Made by a program: the position numbers and the translations under genes. DNA of 64,000 nt from the NCBI GenBank assembly GCA_041389925.1, contig JAWKQX010000006.1, positions 407,837-471,836 on the forward strand, read 5' to 3'. The stretch's first letter is position 1. Each line of letters starts with the position of its first letter. Source of the stretch: Kofleriaceae bacterium (GTDB taxonomy: Bacteria; Myxococcota_A; Polyangia; Haliangiales; Haliangiaceae). Below the pieces are notes generated by a model, which was given only the letters and a program-made list of their open reading frames with translations, was not told the origin of the DNA and did not search any database. This document shows, piece by piece, positions 48,663 through 58,362 of the stretch.

Positions 48663-50804
48663 TCAGCGGAGCTGCGCGGGCGACGTGACCGGCGTGGCGC
48701 TGGCCTGCTCGCCCGCCGACGCCTCGGCCTTGGAGGGGCGCTTCGGGGTGGCGTCCTCGCGCTCCTCGTCGCGCTCCTCGTCGCGCTCCTCGCGCGCCGC
48801 ATCGTCTTCCGCGTCGGGGGCGACCTCCACCTTCTCGGCGTCGCGGCCGACGCGCCCGGTGACGCCGCGCGCCTTGTCGTGGCTCACCTTACCGCGCCGG
48901 GCCTTGGGCATCTGCTTCCACTGCGCCGCCGCGCGCTCCGTGCGCGTGCGGTCCACGACGCGGTACACCACGATCGCCTCGCCGGGCTTGAGCACCGTCT
49001 TGGGCGAGAGGTGGTTCACGCGCGCCAGGTCGGACGGCTTGAGCCCGAACTTCTTGCCGATCGCCTCGAAGGACTCCTCTTTGTCGGCGACGTAGCGGAC
49101 GCGCTCACGCCCCACGCGGTGCTCGAGCAGGTCCAGGTGCTCCGGCGAGCCGCGGGTGACGATGGTGAGCTTGTCGTCCTCGAGGAACGTCACGTTGGCG
49201 GGCGGCTTTTGGGCCTTGGGCAGCCACACCGCCAGCACCATCCGCGGGTGCAGGTTGGCCTCCCGGTCGAGCCCGTTCCAGCGCGCGAGCTCGGCCGGCT
49301 TGACGTCCAGCGCCTTGGCGATGCCCCAGAGCGTGTCGCCGATGATCACGCGGTAGAAGCGCCGCACGCGGCCGGGCACGCGCGCCGCGGCGTCGGGCAG
49401 GGCGACCACGAGCGACTCGCCGGCCTGCTGGTCCACGCCGGACTCGTGGAGGTCGGCGCGCGCCGCCGTGCGGTTCTGCGCCCGCTGCGCCGCGGACACG
49501 CGCGGCACCACCAGCACCGTGCCGCCTCCCATCTCCGAGTCATCCTTGATCTCGTTGAGCTCGCGCAGCCGGCGGCGCGAGATCCCGAACGTCTTCGCCA
49601 CGTCCTCGAAGCGCTCGCCGTAGGCGACGACGTACGCGTCGTAGCCGTCCCACTCGCTCTGCAGATCGGCGAGCCGCTTGGCGAACGTCGCCTTGGCGCC
49701 GCGCGGCACGCGGACGACGTAGTTCTTGACGTCTGGCGGGGTGCGGCTGCGGCGGAGCTGCGGGTTGAGCCGCTTGACGCGCTCCGAGGTGGTGCCGGCC
49801 GCCTTGGCCACCGTCGAGAGCTGCACGGAGACCGGCACCGTCACCTCGTCCCACACCTCCGGGGCGTCGGCCTTGACGTCGGCGAAGCCGAACAGCTCCA
49901 GGTTGTGCCCCACGATCGCCACCGCGAGCGCCTTGGGCACGTACAACGTCGCTCCCCACGCCAGCGCGTTCTCGTACAGGCAGAGCTGCCAGTAGTCGTT
50001 GGTGTTGTAGCGCGCGATCGATCGCAAGATCGCGCCGTAGCCCGCGTTGTACGCGGCCATCGCCAGGTGCCAGTCGCCGAAGCGCTGGTAGAGATCCTTC
50101 CAGTAGTCGATGGCGGCGATCGTCGAGCGCAGCGGATCGCGGCGCTCGTCGACCCAGCGGTTCTGCGTCAGCCCGTAGATCCGCCCGCCCGCCGGCATGA
50201 ACTGCCACAGCCCGGCGGCGCCTACCGACGACGAGTCTCCCGGATCGAACGACGACTCGATCATCGCGACGTAGAGCAGATCGAGCGGCAGCCCCGCCGC
50301 CTGGAGCCGGTCGAGGATGAAGTCCTTGTAGCGCCCTTGCGCCTCCAGCCAGCCCCTCATGATGTTGCGGCCGCGGCGATCGTTCTTGTAGAACTCCAGG
50401 TACTCGATCAGCCGAGGCGTCCACCGCACCGGCAGATCCGGCAGCTCGGCGTCGTCGAGCCACGCCAGGTCGGCGCGGAGGTCGCTGGGCTTGCGCACCT
50501 CCCCGCCGGCCATCGGCTCCAGCGAGCTGCGCGCCTCGCCGTCCCGCCAGGGAGTCCCGCGCGTGGGGGGAAACAGCTCCAGCTCGAGGAGGCGGAGCTG
50601 CTGGTGCGGCGGCACGCAGTCCTGCCCGAGCGGGCAGCCGCGGACCGCGCGCCGGCCGTCGGCCGCCTGCTCGAGCTCCACGCGCGCCGGCGCGAGGGGC
50701 GGCTGCGTCTGTACGCCGGGGTGGCGCTGCGCGACCGCGTTCGGGAGCCACGCGCCCAGGCACAGGGCGCACACCAAGCATCGGAGCCACATGCCCCAGA
50801 CCAT
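48663..50804 (-). CDS. Membrane-bound lytic murein transglycosylase D-like (SLT domain plus LysM repeats)
   Basis: Signal peptide. SLT catalytic region (VAMIESSFDPGDSSSVGAAGLWQFMPAGG ... AYNAGYGAI). Three or more LysM-like repeats (YVVAYGERFEDVAKTFGISRRRLRELN ; YRVIIGDTLWGIAKALDVKPAELARWN ; YVADKEESFEAIGKKFGLKPSDLARVN). Charged Glu/Asp-rich C-terminus. Confidence 0.8.
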   Translation of the reverse strand: MVWGMWLRCLVCALCLGAWLPNAVAQRHPGVQTQPPLAPARVELEQAADGRRAVRGCPLGQDCVPPHQQLRLLELELFPPTRGTPWRDGEARSSLEPMAGGEVRKPSDLRADLAWLDDAELPDLPVRWTPRLIEYLEFYKNDRRGRNIMRGWLEAQGRYKDFILDRLQAAGLPLDLLYVAMIESSFDPGDSSSVGAAGLWQFMPAGGRIYGLTQNRWVDERRDPLRSTIAAIDYWKDLYQRFGDWHLAMAAYNAGYGAILRSIARYNTNDYWQLCLYENALAWGATLYVPKALAVAIVGHNLELFGFADVKADAPEVWDEVTVPVSVQLSTVAKAAGTTSERVKRLNPQLRRSRTPPDVKNYVVRVPRGAKATFAKRLADLQSEWDGYDAYVVAYGERFEDVAKTFGISRRRLRELNEIKDDSEMGGGTVLVVPRVSAAQRAQNRTAARADLHESGVDQQAGESLVVALPDAAARVPGRVRRFYRVIIGDTLWGIAKALDVKPAELARWNGLDREANLHPRMVLAVWLPKAQKPPANVTFLEDDKLTIVTRGSPEHLDLLEHRVGRERVRYVADKEESFEAIGKKFGLKPSDLARVNHLSPKTVLKPGEAIVVYRVVDRTRTERAAAQWKQMPKARRGKVSHDKARGVTGRVGRDAEKVEVAPDAEDDAAREERDEERDEEREDATPKRPSKAEASAGEQASATPVTSPAQLR

Positions 50805-50971
50805 AGGCAGATCGGCCGTCTCGCTCCAACTTTTCCCCGTCCGGCCGCGCCGGCGTGGCCCGCCGCGAACCGTGCGTACCTACGGGCTCCCCGGACGGAA
50901 CTGCCGCTTGCTTGCTGCCGCCTGGCGGCAATGGTGCTACATTCCAGGCCTTTCAAGTACAGGAGCCCTAC

Positions 50972-51226
50972 ATGCCTGGCATGGGCGAACTTCTCATTAT
51001 TCTGGTCATCGTGATGCTGATTTTCGGAGCGGGGAAGCTTCCCGCGATCGGCGACTCGCTTGGCCGCAGCATCAAGAACTTCAAGCGCGCCACCGCGGGC
51101 GAGGACGAGATCGAGGTGAAGAAGAAGGCCGAGCTCACCAGCAAGCGAGCCGCCGAGCTCGAGGCTGGCGAGGAGGCCGAGGACGCGGAGATCGTGCAGA
51201 AGCGCAAGGTCAAGAAAGAGGCGTAG
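50972..51226 (+). CDS. tatA: Twin-arginine translocase subunit TatA
   Basis: [40 protein letters not shown] is the TatA/E TM helix plus amphipathic helix signature. AGGAG RBS 6 nt upstream of the ATG. Charged Lys/Glu-rich tail. Confidence 0.85.
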   Translation: MPGMGELLIILVIVMLIFGAGKLPAIGDSLGRSIKNFKRATAGEDEIEVKKKAELTSKRAAELEAGEEAEDAEIVQKRKVKKEA

Positions 51227-52013
51227 CCGCCGCGCGACGGCGGAGCAGCTCCTGCGCGTGCGCTCGCAGCGCCGGCGGGAGGCTGGTCAGGCCGCTCAGC
51301 TCCCGCAGATCCAGTGACGTGAGCGTCGTGGCGATGCGGATCGCCGCGGCCAACGGGGTCGCGGGGTTGAGCACGAGCGCTCGCTTCACCGCGTACCGGG
51401 CGGACCACGTCGGGTGATGCGCGATGATCGCGAGCGCCTCGGGCAGCGCCAGCCGGTTGGCGGCGATGGAGACGATGTCCGGCTCGGTGACGTGCGGGTT
51501 CGACAGGAGGATGGTGATCACCGCCGGGTGAGGATCCTTGATGATCAGCGCGAGCCGGTCCCTGCGGTGGGTGCGGGCTAGCGACTTGCGCTCGCCCAGG
51601 GTGAGCGGGCGGCTCCGCCGCTCCAGCGCGCGCTCTGGAGCCTTCTGCTTCGCCACCTGACGCGGGTCGGCGGTCATGGGCGACTCGCGGAAGAAGAGCC
51701 GGGCGATCTCCAGGTGCCCCAGCGCCACCGCGGCCTCGTAGATGCGCTGACGCACAGCGTAAGAGAGCTGCTCAGCGCCCGCAGCGTGCGTGATGGTTTC
51801 ACGCACTTTTGCTGTATCTGCGGAGGGTTGCGCGTGCGCGATGTCGAGGAGCTGCGCGAGGGTAGCCACCCAGTGGGAAGGATCTCCCTCACCAAGGTGC
51901 TCAACCAGGGCGAGCGTGCGCATCCTCACCTCCGGGAGGGCGACCAGCCGCTGGACCAGGCGCTGAAGGTCGGGGCCCACGCCGCACATTCTGCCATCTG
52001 ACACCATTGCCAT
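51210..52013 (-). CDS. Hypothetical protein (alpha-helical, conserved-looking)
   Basis: 267-aa ORF with coding-like composition, no recognisable motifs. 3' end overlaps the tatA 3' end convergently. Confidence 0.4.
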   Translation of the reverse strand: MAMVSDGRMCGVGPDLQRLVQRLVALPEVRMRTLALVEHLGEGDPSHWVATLAQLLDIAHAQPSADTAKVRETITHAAGAEQLSYAVRQRIYEAAVALGHLEIARLFFRESPMTADPRQVAKQKAPERALERRSRPLTLGERKSLARTHRRDRLALIIKDPHPAVITILLSNPHVTEPDIVSIAANRLALPEALAIIAHHPTWSARYAVKRALVLNPATPLAAAIRIATTLTSLDLRELSGLTSLPPALRAHAQELLRRRAAATPLS

Positions 52014-52094
52014 CCATCGATGGTTGCCGGCTTGCCGCGCTGCGTGATAGTTCTGAATTCATTGAATCCCGAGGAACCACAGGTGGAGCACTCC

Positions 52095-52670
52095 ATGGCC
52101 GAAGCTCGGATCATCAAACGCTACGCCAACCGCAAGCTGTACGACACCGAGCATAGCCGGTACGTCACGCTTGAACAGATCTCGGAGATGATCCGCAACG
52201 GCGACGATGTGAAGATCGTCGACAACAAGAGCAAAGAGGATCTCACCTCGGTGACCTTGGCGCAGATCATCTTCGAGGAAGAGAAGAAGCGCAGCTTCAT
52301 GCCGCTCGGGACGATGCGCAACATCATCCAGAACGGCGGCGAGTGGCTCGCCGAGGCGCAGCGCCGGGTGCAGAGCATCCTGCCCGGCAAGCGCCGCGAG
52401 GAGAAGCCGCTGGAGGAGGAGCCGGCGCCGGGCGACACCAGCGAGGCGGCCGAGGCTGTGCACAAGCGCCGCAGCGTCGCCGCGCTGCGCGAGTGGGCGA
52501 TGTCATCGCGGCAGGCGCTCGACGAGTGGCAGCGCAAGGTCGACGAGAAGATCCGCAACGCCATCGGCGGCATCTCCCCGTTCTCTGGGGTCAACCGAGA
52601 CGTCAAGGCGCTCTCGGACCGCATCGCCGAGCTCGAGGCCAAGCTGGCCGAGCTCGAAGCCGAGGAGTAG
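52095..52670 (+). CDS. phaR: Polyhydroxyalkanoate synthesis repressor PhaR
   Basis: MAEARIIKRYANRKLYDTEHSRYVTLEQISEMIRNGDDVKIVDNKSKEDLTSVTLAQIIFEEE matches the PhaR N-terminal DNA-binding domain consensus (IKKYPNRRLYDTE ... ). Coiled-coil C-terminus. ATG at 52095 within ORF 52020..52670. Confidence 0.8.
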   Translation: MAEARIIKRYANRKLYDTEHSRYVTLEQISEMIRNGDDVKIVDNKSKEDLTSVTLAQIIFEEEKKRSFMPLGTMRNIIQNGGEWLAEAQRRVQSILPGKRREEKPLEEEPAPGDTSEAAEAVHKRRSVAALREWAMSSRQALDEWQRKVDEKIRNAIGGISPFSGVNRDVKALSDRIAELEAKLAELEAEE

Positions 52671-52939
52671 CCGTCGCCGACGGCTGAGGTCGCGCCGCGC
52701 GCCATCGGGCGTCGACCTGCGCGATCCGCGCTCACCGCGACCGTCGGCCTGGGGCCGTGGTCGGCGCGTGCGCAGGAGCCACCGGTGGTCGCGGCACGAG
52801 CGGCCTTGCGGCGCACCGCGCTGGCCGTCGGAGGCGGCAAGTCGCACGCGACGCAGCGGCTGTGCGAGCGCTCCAGCTCGACGGCGCGCTCGACGACGAG
52901 CGGGCGCGCTCGGCGGCGCGGGTACGAGCGGGCGGCGTG

Positions 52940-55756
52940 CTAGCGGGCGCGCGGCGCGCCGTACACGCCGTCGAGCGTGACGCGCTTGCCGTCGCGCAGC
53001 ACCGTGATCTTCACCTTCTCGCCCGGGTGGGCCATGCCGAGCACGGCCATCATCTCGGTGAGGCTGCGGATCTCGTTCGCGTCGAGGCCGACCAGGATGT
53101 CGCCCGCGAGCACACCGGCCTTCGCGGCGGCGCCGCCGGGCACGACGTCGGACACCTTGACGCCCGGCGGGCGCGACGGATCGTCGTCGTACGCCGGGAT
53201 GGTGCCGAGCGAGGCGCCGCCGCGGGGCCGCGACGTGTCCGGCGGCGGCGCGGCCGACTTCACGTAGGTCAGCGGCTCGGCGCGCGTCGCCAGCGTGAGC
53301 GCGAGCGACCCGACGAGCGCGGCGGTCTGCGCGCCGCCGGCGGCGTTGATCGTCGGCGCGTCGTCGGAGGACTTGTGGTAGTCGGCGTGCGCGCCGGTGA
53401 AGAAGTGCAGGACCGGGGCGCCGCCCATGTAGAACGCCATGTGATCGCTCGGCCCGTAGCCCGAGCCGGACATCGCGCACAGGAGCTTGGCCGCGGCGCA
53501 CGCCGGCTCGACGAGCTGCCGCCACTCCTTGGCGGACTCGATGCCGAGCACCTGGAGCTGGTTGAGCCGCATGCGCCCCACCATGTCCATGTTGAGCATC
53601 GCGAAGACCGGCTCCTTGAGCGGCGACTGCTTGACGAAGTGCGACGAGCCAAGGATGCCCATCTCCTCGCCGGAGAAGGCGACGAAGACGACGTCGCGGG
53701 TCAGCTCGCCGCGCCGCGCGGCGAGCTGACGGGCGGCCTCGAGGAGCGCCGCCACGCCGGAGGCGTTATCGTCGGCGCCGTTGTGGATGCCCGGCTTGGC
53801 GTCGAGCGAGCCGGTGCCCGGGCCGCCCTGGCCGAGGTGATCGAGGTGCGCGCCGATCACCACCGGGCCGCCGGCCTTCGCGCCGGGCGCGGCGAGGACG
53901 CCGACGACGTTCTCCGTGCCGACGCGGATCGGCGTGAGCTCCACGCTCAGCTCCACGCGGTGCGCGCCGGGCTTGCGCAGCGCGGCCGCCGCGGCGCGGC
54001 TCACCACGACGATCGGGATGCCGACGTTGCCGCCGCCCGCGGTGGTCAGCGCCGGCAGCGGCTGCTCCTTCGACGCGGGGTCGCCGTCGTCGACGATCAA
54101 GAGGGCCGCGGCGCCCTTGAGCGCGGCCAGGCCGGCCTTGGCGCGGACGTCATCGCCCGCCGCCGCGTCGATGCCGCCGCCGGCCTTGGGCGAGAACCGG
54201 TGCGCCAGCACGATCTTGCCCTTGACGTTCTTGCCACGGTAGTCGTCGCGCTTGGCGGCGGCGTTGACCGAGCCCCAGCCGGCGACGATCACCGGTCCGG
54301 CGACCTTCTTGCTGCCCGACAGCGACGCCGGCGTGAACTGGTCCGCGGGCACCTCCACGCCATCGATCTTCAGCGCGGTCGCCGCGCCGCGGCGCTGGCC
54401 CACGGTGACCTCGAACGGTTGCCGGAAGCTCGCGGCCGCGCCGGCCGCGCCGGGGACGCCCGGCGCCACCCCGGCCTCGCGGAGCTGCTGCTCAACCCAG
54501 TCCTGCGCGTCGCGCAGCCCCTTGGTGCCGAGGCCCCGCCCCTCGCGCGCGTCGTCGGCGAGCCAGGTGACGTCGTTGCGAAAGCGGTCGGCGGCGCTCG
54601 GCGCCGCGGCGGGCGGCGGCGTGCGCACCCAGTCCACCACGAAGACGTTGGTGTCCCGCGGGCCCGCCGGTGCGCCGTTGACGCGGTAGACCTCGCGGCC
54701 GTCCGGCTGCTTGATCACGTCGCGGCGGTTCGACGAGAACGCCAGCTTGCTGCCGTCGGGTGAGAACATCGGGAACCCGTCGAAGCCCTCGGAGTAGGTG
54801 ATGCGCTCGAGCCCGGTGCCGTCGCGGCCGATCGAGAAGATGTCGAACTCGGGGCCGCGCGGGTTCAGGTGGTTGGAGGAGAACAGCACGCGGTCACTCT
54901 TGGGGTCGAAGAACGGTGCGAAGTTGGCGCCGCCGAGGTAGGTGATCTGGCGCGCGTCGCTGCCGTCGGCCTTGGCGACGTAGATCTCGAGCTTGCTCGG
55001 CCGCACCAGGTTCTCCTTGAGCAGGCGCTGGTAGTCCTCGAGTTCGGCGCCGGTGGGTCGCGACGAGCGCCACACGATGTACTGGCAGTCCGCGGAGTAG
55101 AACGCGCCGCCGTCATACCCTGGGGTATGGGTGAGGCGCTTGACGTTCTTGCCGTCGGCGTCCATCCGGTATAGCTCCAGGTCACCGTCGCGCGTGGACG
55201 TGAAGATGATGCTGCCGTCGACGCCGCACACGGTGGCCTCGGCGTCGTAGCCCGGCGTGTCGGTCAGCCGCACCGGGTTCTTGCCGTCGGGGTCCGCGCG
55301 GTAGAGGTCGTAGTCGAACAGGCCCCAGAAGTAGCCCTTGGACATGTCCGGCGGGGTCGGGCAGGCGGCGCCCTTCTCGTGCGTCGACGCGTAGACGACG
55401 CCGCGATCGCCCTGCGTGTAGTACGCGCAGGTGGTGCGGCCGGTGCCGCTCGACAGGAGCGTCGCCTCACCGCCGGTGGCCGGCATCGACATGATCTGAT
55501 CGCACTGGAACGGCGCGCGGTTGGACTGGAAGATCAGCCGGTCGCCGGAGAAGGACCAGTACGCCTCGGCGTTGTCGGCGCCGAAGGTGAGCTGGCGGGC
55601 GTTGGCCAGGTGCACCTCGCGGGGGTCGAGCACGCGCGAGGCGTCGGCGTCGGGCGGGGCCGGATCCGTGGGCGGGCGGACGGCGTTGGGCGACGAGCTA
55701 CACGCCGCGACGCCGATGAGCGCCGCGGCCAGGAGGACAGCGAGACGGGGAGCCAT
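52940..55756 (-). CDS. Multidomain lipoprotein: TolB-like PD40 beta-propeller, PA domain, M28 family zinc aminopeptidase, C-terminal PDZ
   Basis: MAPRLAVLLAAALIGVAAC lipobox. Repeated PD40-type motifs (YRADPDGKNPVRLTDTPGYD ; YRMDADGKNVKRLTHTPGYD ; DIFSIGRDGTGLERITYSEGFD). M28 motifs (IGAHLDHLGQ ... ADDNASGVAALLE ... FSGEEMGILGS ... DH). C-terminal PDZ (GVKVSDVVPGGAAAKAGVLAGDILVGLD). ATG at 55756. The rest of ORF 52940..57748 is off-frame. Confidence 0.8.
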   Translation of the reverse strand: MAPRLAVLLAAALIGVAACSSSPNAVRPPTDPAPPDADASRVLDPREVHLANARQLTFGADNAEAYWSFSGDRLIFQSNRAPFQCDQIMSMPATGGEATLLSSGTGRTTCAYYTQGDRGVVYASTHEKGAACPTPPDMSKGYFWGLFDYDLYRADPDGKNPVRLTDTPGYDAEATVCGVDGSIIFTSTRDGDLELYRMDADGKNVKRLTHTPGYDGGAFYSADCQYIVWRSSRPTGAELEDYQRLLKENLVRPSKLEIYVAKADGSDARQITYLGGANFAPFFDPKSDRVLFSSNHLNPRGPEFDIFSIGRDGTGLERITYSEGFDGFPMFSPDGSKLAFSSNRRDVIKQPDGREVYRVNGAPAGPRDTNVFVVDWVRTPPPAAAPSAADRFRNDVTWLADDAREGRGLGTKGLRDAQDWVEQQLREAGVAPGVPGAAGAAASFRQPFEVTVGQRRGAATALKIDGVEVPADQFTPASLSGSKKVAGPVIVAGWGSVNAAAKRDDYRGKNVKGKIVLAHRFSPKAGGGIDAAAGDDVRAKAGLAALKGAAALLIVDDGDPASKEQPLPALTTAGGGNVGIPIVVVSRAAAAALRKPGAHRVELSVELTPIRVGTENVVGVLAAPGAKAGGPVVIGAHLDHLGQGGPGTGSLDAKPGIHNGADDNASGVAALLEAARQLAARRGELTRDVVFVAFSGEEMGILGSSHFVKQSPLKEPVFAMLNMDMVGRMRLNQLQVLGIESAKEWRQLVEPACAAAKLLCAMSGSGYGPSDHMAFYMGGAPVLHFFTGAHADYHKSSDDAPTINAAGGAQTAALVGSLALTLATRAEPLTYVKSAAPPPDTSRPRGGASLGTIPAYDDDPSRPPGVKVSDVVPGGAAAKAGVLAGDILVGLDANEIRSLTEMMAVLGMAHPGEKVKITVLRDGKRVTLDGVYGAPRAR

Positions 55757-55873
55757 GGCGGCAGGGTACACGAATCCGCCGCGCTGACGACCGCGCGAGG
55801 TCCCGGCGACTTGGCGCTGACTTCTAGCGAGGCGCGTCTTGCTCAACCTGTCTGACAGTGGCAAGAGTCCTGG

Positions 55874-57061
55874 ATGCTCTCGGTCCAGGACGCCATCGCC
55901 AAGATCGCCGCGGCGGTGCGGCCGCTGCCCGACGAGCCCGTCGCCTTGACCGAGGCGGCGGGGCGCGCGCTGGCCGAGCCGATCCACGCGCCGCGCCCGC
56001 TGCCGGGCTTTGACAACTCGGCGATGGACGGGTACGCCGCGCGCAGCGCCGAGCTGCCCGCGACGCTCCCCGTCGCGGGGGTCGCCGCCGCGGGAGCGCC
56101 GCCGCTCGCCGAGCCGGCGCCGGGCGCCGCGGTGCGCATCTTCACGGGCGCGTACCTGCCGCCGGGGCTCGACGCGGTGGTGCTCCAGGAGGACGCCGTC
56201 CGCGACGGCGATCGCGTCACGCTGCCCGCCGCGGCGCCGGGCGCGAACGTGCGCCGGCGCGGCGAGGACGTGGAGGCCGGCGCGCTCGCGCTCGCCGCGG
56301 GCACGCGGCTGGGGCCCGGGGAGCTCGGCCTGCTCGCCGCGCTCGGCGTGGCGGAGCTCCGCGTGCGCCGGCGCCCCCGGGTCGCGATCCTGGCCACCGG
56401 CGACGAGCTGGTCGACGTCCGCGCGCCGCTGGGGCCCGGCCAGCTCGTGGACTCGTCGCGCTACGCGCTGATGTGCGCGGTGCAGGAGCTCGGCGGCGAG
56501 CCGACCTACCTGGGCATCGTCCCCGACGACCGGCGGGCCACCGCGCGCGCCATCGCGACCGCGCTGGCGTACGACGTGGTGCTCACCACCGGCGGCGTCT
56601 CCGTCGGAGATCGCGACTTCGTCAAGGACGCGCTCGCCGACGCCGGCGTGGCGCTGGAGCTGTGGAAGGTGGCGATGAAGCCCGGCAAGCCGCTGGCCTT
56701 CGGGCGCGGCGCGAGCGCGCTGGTGTTCGGCCTGCCCGGCAACCCGGTGTCGTCGATGGTCTCGTTCGAGCTGTTCGTGCGCCCGGCGCTGCGCGCGCTG
56801 CAGGGGCTCGCCGGGCCCGCGCGGCCCCGTGCCCCGGTCGGCCTCGTCGGCGGCTACCGCAAGCCCGCGGGGCGGGCGCACTACCTGCGCGCCCACGTCG
56901 AGCGACGCGGCGACCGCCTCCTCGCCACGCCGCACCCCAAGCAGGGCTCCGCGATGCTGACGTCCCTCGTCGGCATCAACGCACTGGTAGAGATCGAGGC
57001 GGCCGTTTCCGAGGTGGCGCCCGACGAGGTCGTGACGGCGCTGCTGCTGGAGGCGGTGTGA
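55874..57061 (+). CDS. moeA: Molybdopterin molybdenumtransferase MoeA
   Basis: PLPGFDNSAMDGYA ... RIFTGAYLPPGLDAVV ... VLTTGGVSVGDRDFVK ... PGKPLAFG ... GLPGNPVSS are canonical MoeA motifs. Confidence 0.85.
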   Translation: MLSVQDAIAKIAAAVRPLPDEPVALTEAAGRALAEPIHAPRPLPGFDNSAMDGYAARSAELPATLPVAGVAAAGAPPLAEPAPGAAVRIFTGAYLPPGLDAVVLQEDAVRDGDRVTLPAAAPGANVRRRGEDVEAGALALAAGTRLGPGELGLLAALGVAELRVRRRPRVAILATGDELVDVRAPLGPGQLVDSSRYALMCAVQELGGEPTYLGIVPDDRRATARAIATALAYDVVLTTGGVSVGDRDFVKDALADAGVALELWKVAMKPGKPLAFGRGASALVFGLPGNPVSSMVSFELFVRPALRALQGLAGPARPRAPVGLVGGYRKPAGRAHYLRAHVERRGDRLLATPHPKQGSAMLTSLVGINALVEIEAAVSEVAPDEVVTALLLEAV

Positions 57062-57227
57062 GCCCGCGGCGCCTCGTCGCGGGGGAGCGCGCGCCGGGCG
57101 CGCCCACGACGGCGCTGCTCCCAGCAAGCGAGGCGAGTTCGCCTCACCTTCTCGATCGCGCGCGGGCGGAGCGCGCGCCGAGGGCGCCCCGCGCGGCGCC
57201 AACGACTGCCCCGCGCGTGGAGCCTCG

Positions 57228-58181
57228 ATGACCCCCAAGACGACCCTCACGATCACCGACGCGCAGGCCGGGCGCATCGATCGCGCGCTCGCCCTCGCCT
57301 TCCCCGCGGTCGGCCGGCGCCGCCTCGCGGAGTTGTTCGCGCAGGGCGCCGTCCGCGTGGGCGGGCGAGTCGCGCGCAAGGGCGATCGCGTCGGCGCAGG
57401 CGCCGTGGTGGAGCTGGCGAGCGTCCCGGTCGGCCGCGCCGAAGAGCGCCCCGTGCCCGACGAGGCCGCGGCCGCGCGCCTGCAGATCTTGCTGGAGCGG
57501 CCGGAGCTGGTCGCGGTGTGCAAGCCCGCGCCCATGCCATCGCAGCCGCTGCGCGCCGGCGAGCTCGGCAGCGTCGCCTCCGGCCTGGCCTTCCTGTACC
57601 CAGAGTGCGCCGCGCTCGGCGACGATCCGCGCGACGGCGGCGTGGCGCACCGGCTCGACATCGGCACCACCGGCGTCTTGCTCGCGGCGCGCACCGCCGC
57701 GATGTTCCGCGCGCTGCGCGAGGCCTTCTCGGCCGGCCAGGTCGACAAGCGCTACCTCGCGATCACCTGCGGCCGGCCGCTGGCGTCGTCGTGTAGCGCG
57801 TCGCTGTCGCAGCGCGGCCGGCGCGTGGTGGTCGACGAGCAGGAGGGCCTCGGCGCGCACACCGACGTCGAGGTCCTCGCCACCAGCGGCGGCCTCTCCC
57901 TGGTGCGCTGCGCGGCGCAGACCGGGCGGATGCACCAGGTGCGCGCGCACCTCGCCGTGTTGCGCGCGCCGATCCTCGGCGACGCGCTCTACGGAGCGCC
58001 GGAGGTGTCGACGCTGGAGCGCGGCGCCGCGCTCGCGGCCGCGCTGCCCGCCGGCCGCTTCGTGCTGCACGCGGAGTCCGTCGGGTTGCGCCTGGGGCGG
58101 GAGGCGCTGACGGTGACCGCGCCGCTGCCGCCGGAGACGCTGGCCGTGCTGGCCGCGGCGGAGCTGCCGCCGCCAGGGTGA
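57228..58181 (+). CDS. RluA-family 23S rRNA pseudouridine synthase (S4 domain plus catalytic domain)
   Basis: S4-like N-terminus (GRIDRALALAF ... RRRLAELFAQGAVRVGGRV). Catalytic HRLDIGTTGVLLAA with conserved Asp ... GRMHQVRAHLA ... PILGDALYG. Confidence 0.8.
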   Translation: MTPKTTLTITDAQAGRIDRALALAFPAVGRRRLAELFAQGAVRVGGRVARKGDRVGAGAVVELASVPVGRAEERPVPDEAAAARLQILLERPELVAVCKPAPMPSQPLRAGELGSVASGLAFLYPECAALGDDPRDGGVAHRLDIGTTGVLLAARTAAMFRALREAFSAGQVDKRYLAITCGRPLASSCSASLSQRGRRVVVDEQEGLGAHTDVEVLATSGGLSLVRCAAQTGRMHQVRAHLAVLRAPILGDALYGAPEVSTLERGAALAAALPAGRFVLHAESVGLRLGREALTVTAPLPPETLAVLAAAELPPPG

Positions 58182-58362
58182 GCGCGGGCCGGCGGGCAGG
58201 GCGTCGTGGTCGCGGAGCTCGCGAGGCCGGCGCCGACGCGTCGAGCGGTGGGCCGACCGTGCTCGTGAGGTCGCCGCGCAGCGTGATGGACGAGCCTCAC
58301 GCCGAAGGTCCGGCAGGAGGCGCGCACCTGCGCGCGCAGGCCGCCCCGCAGCGTGGTGCCGC

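Noticed and set aside
55757-57748. 5' two-fifths of the 1602-aa ORF 52940..57748
   Set aside because: Overlaps the plus-strand moeA and RluA-family genes in antisense with RG/PA-rich translation. The real gene starts at the lipoprotein ATG 55756.
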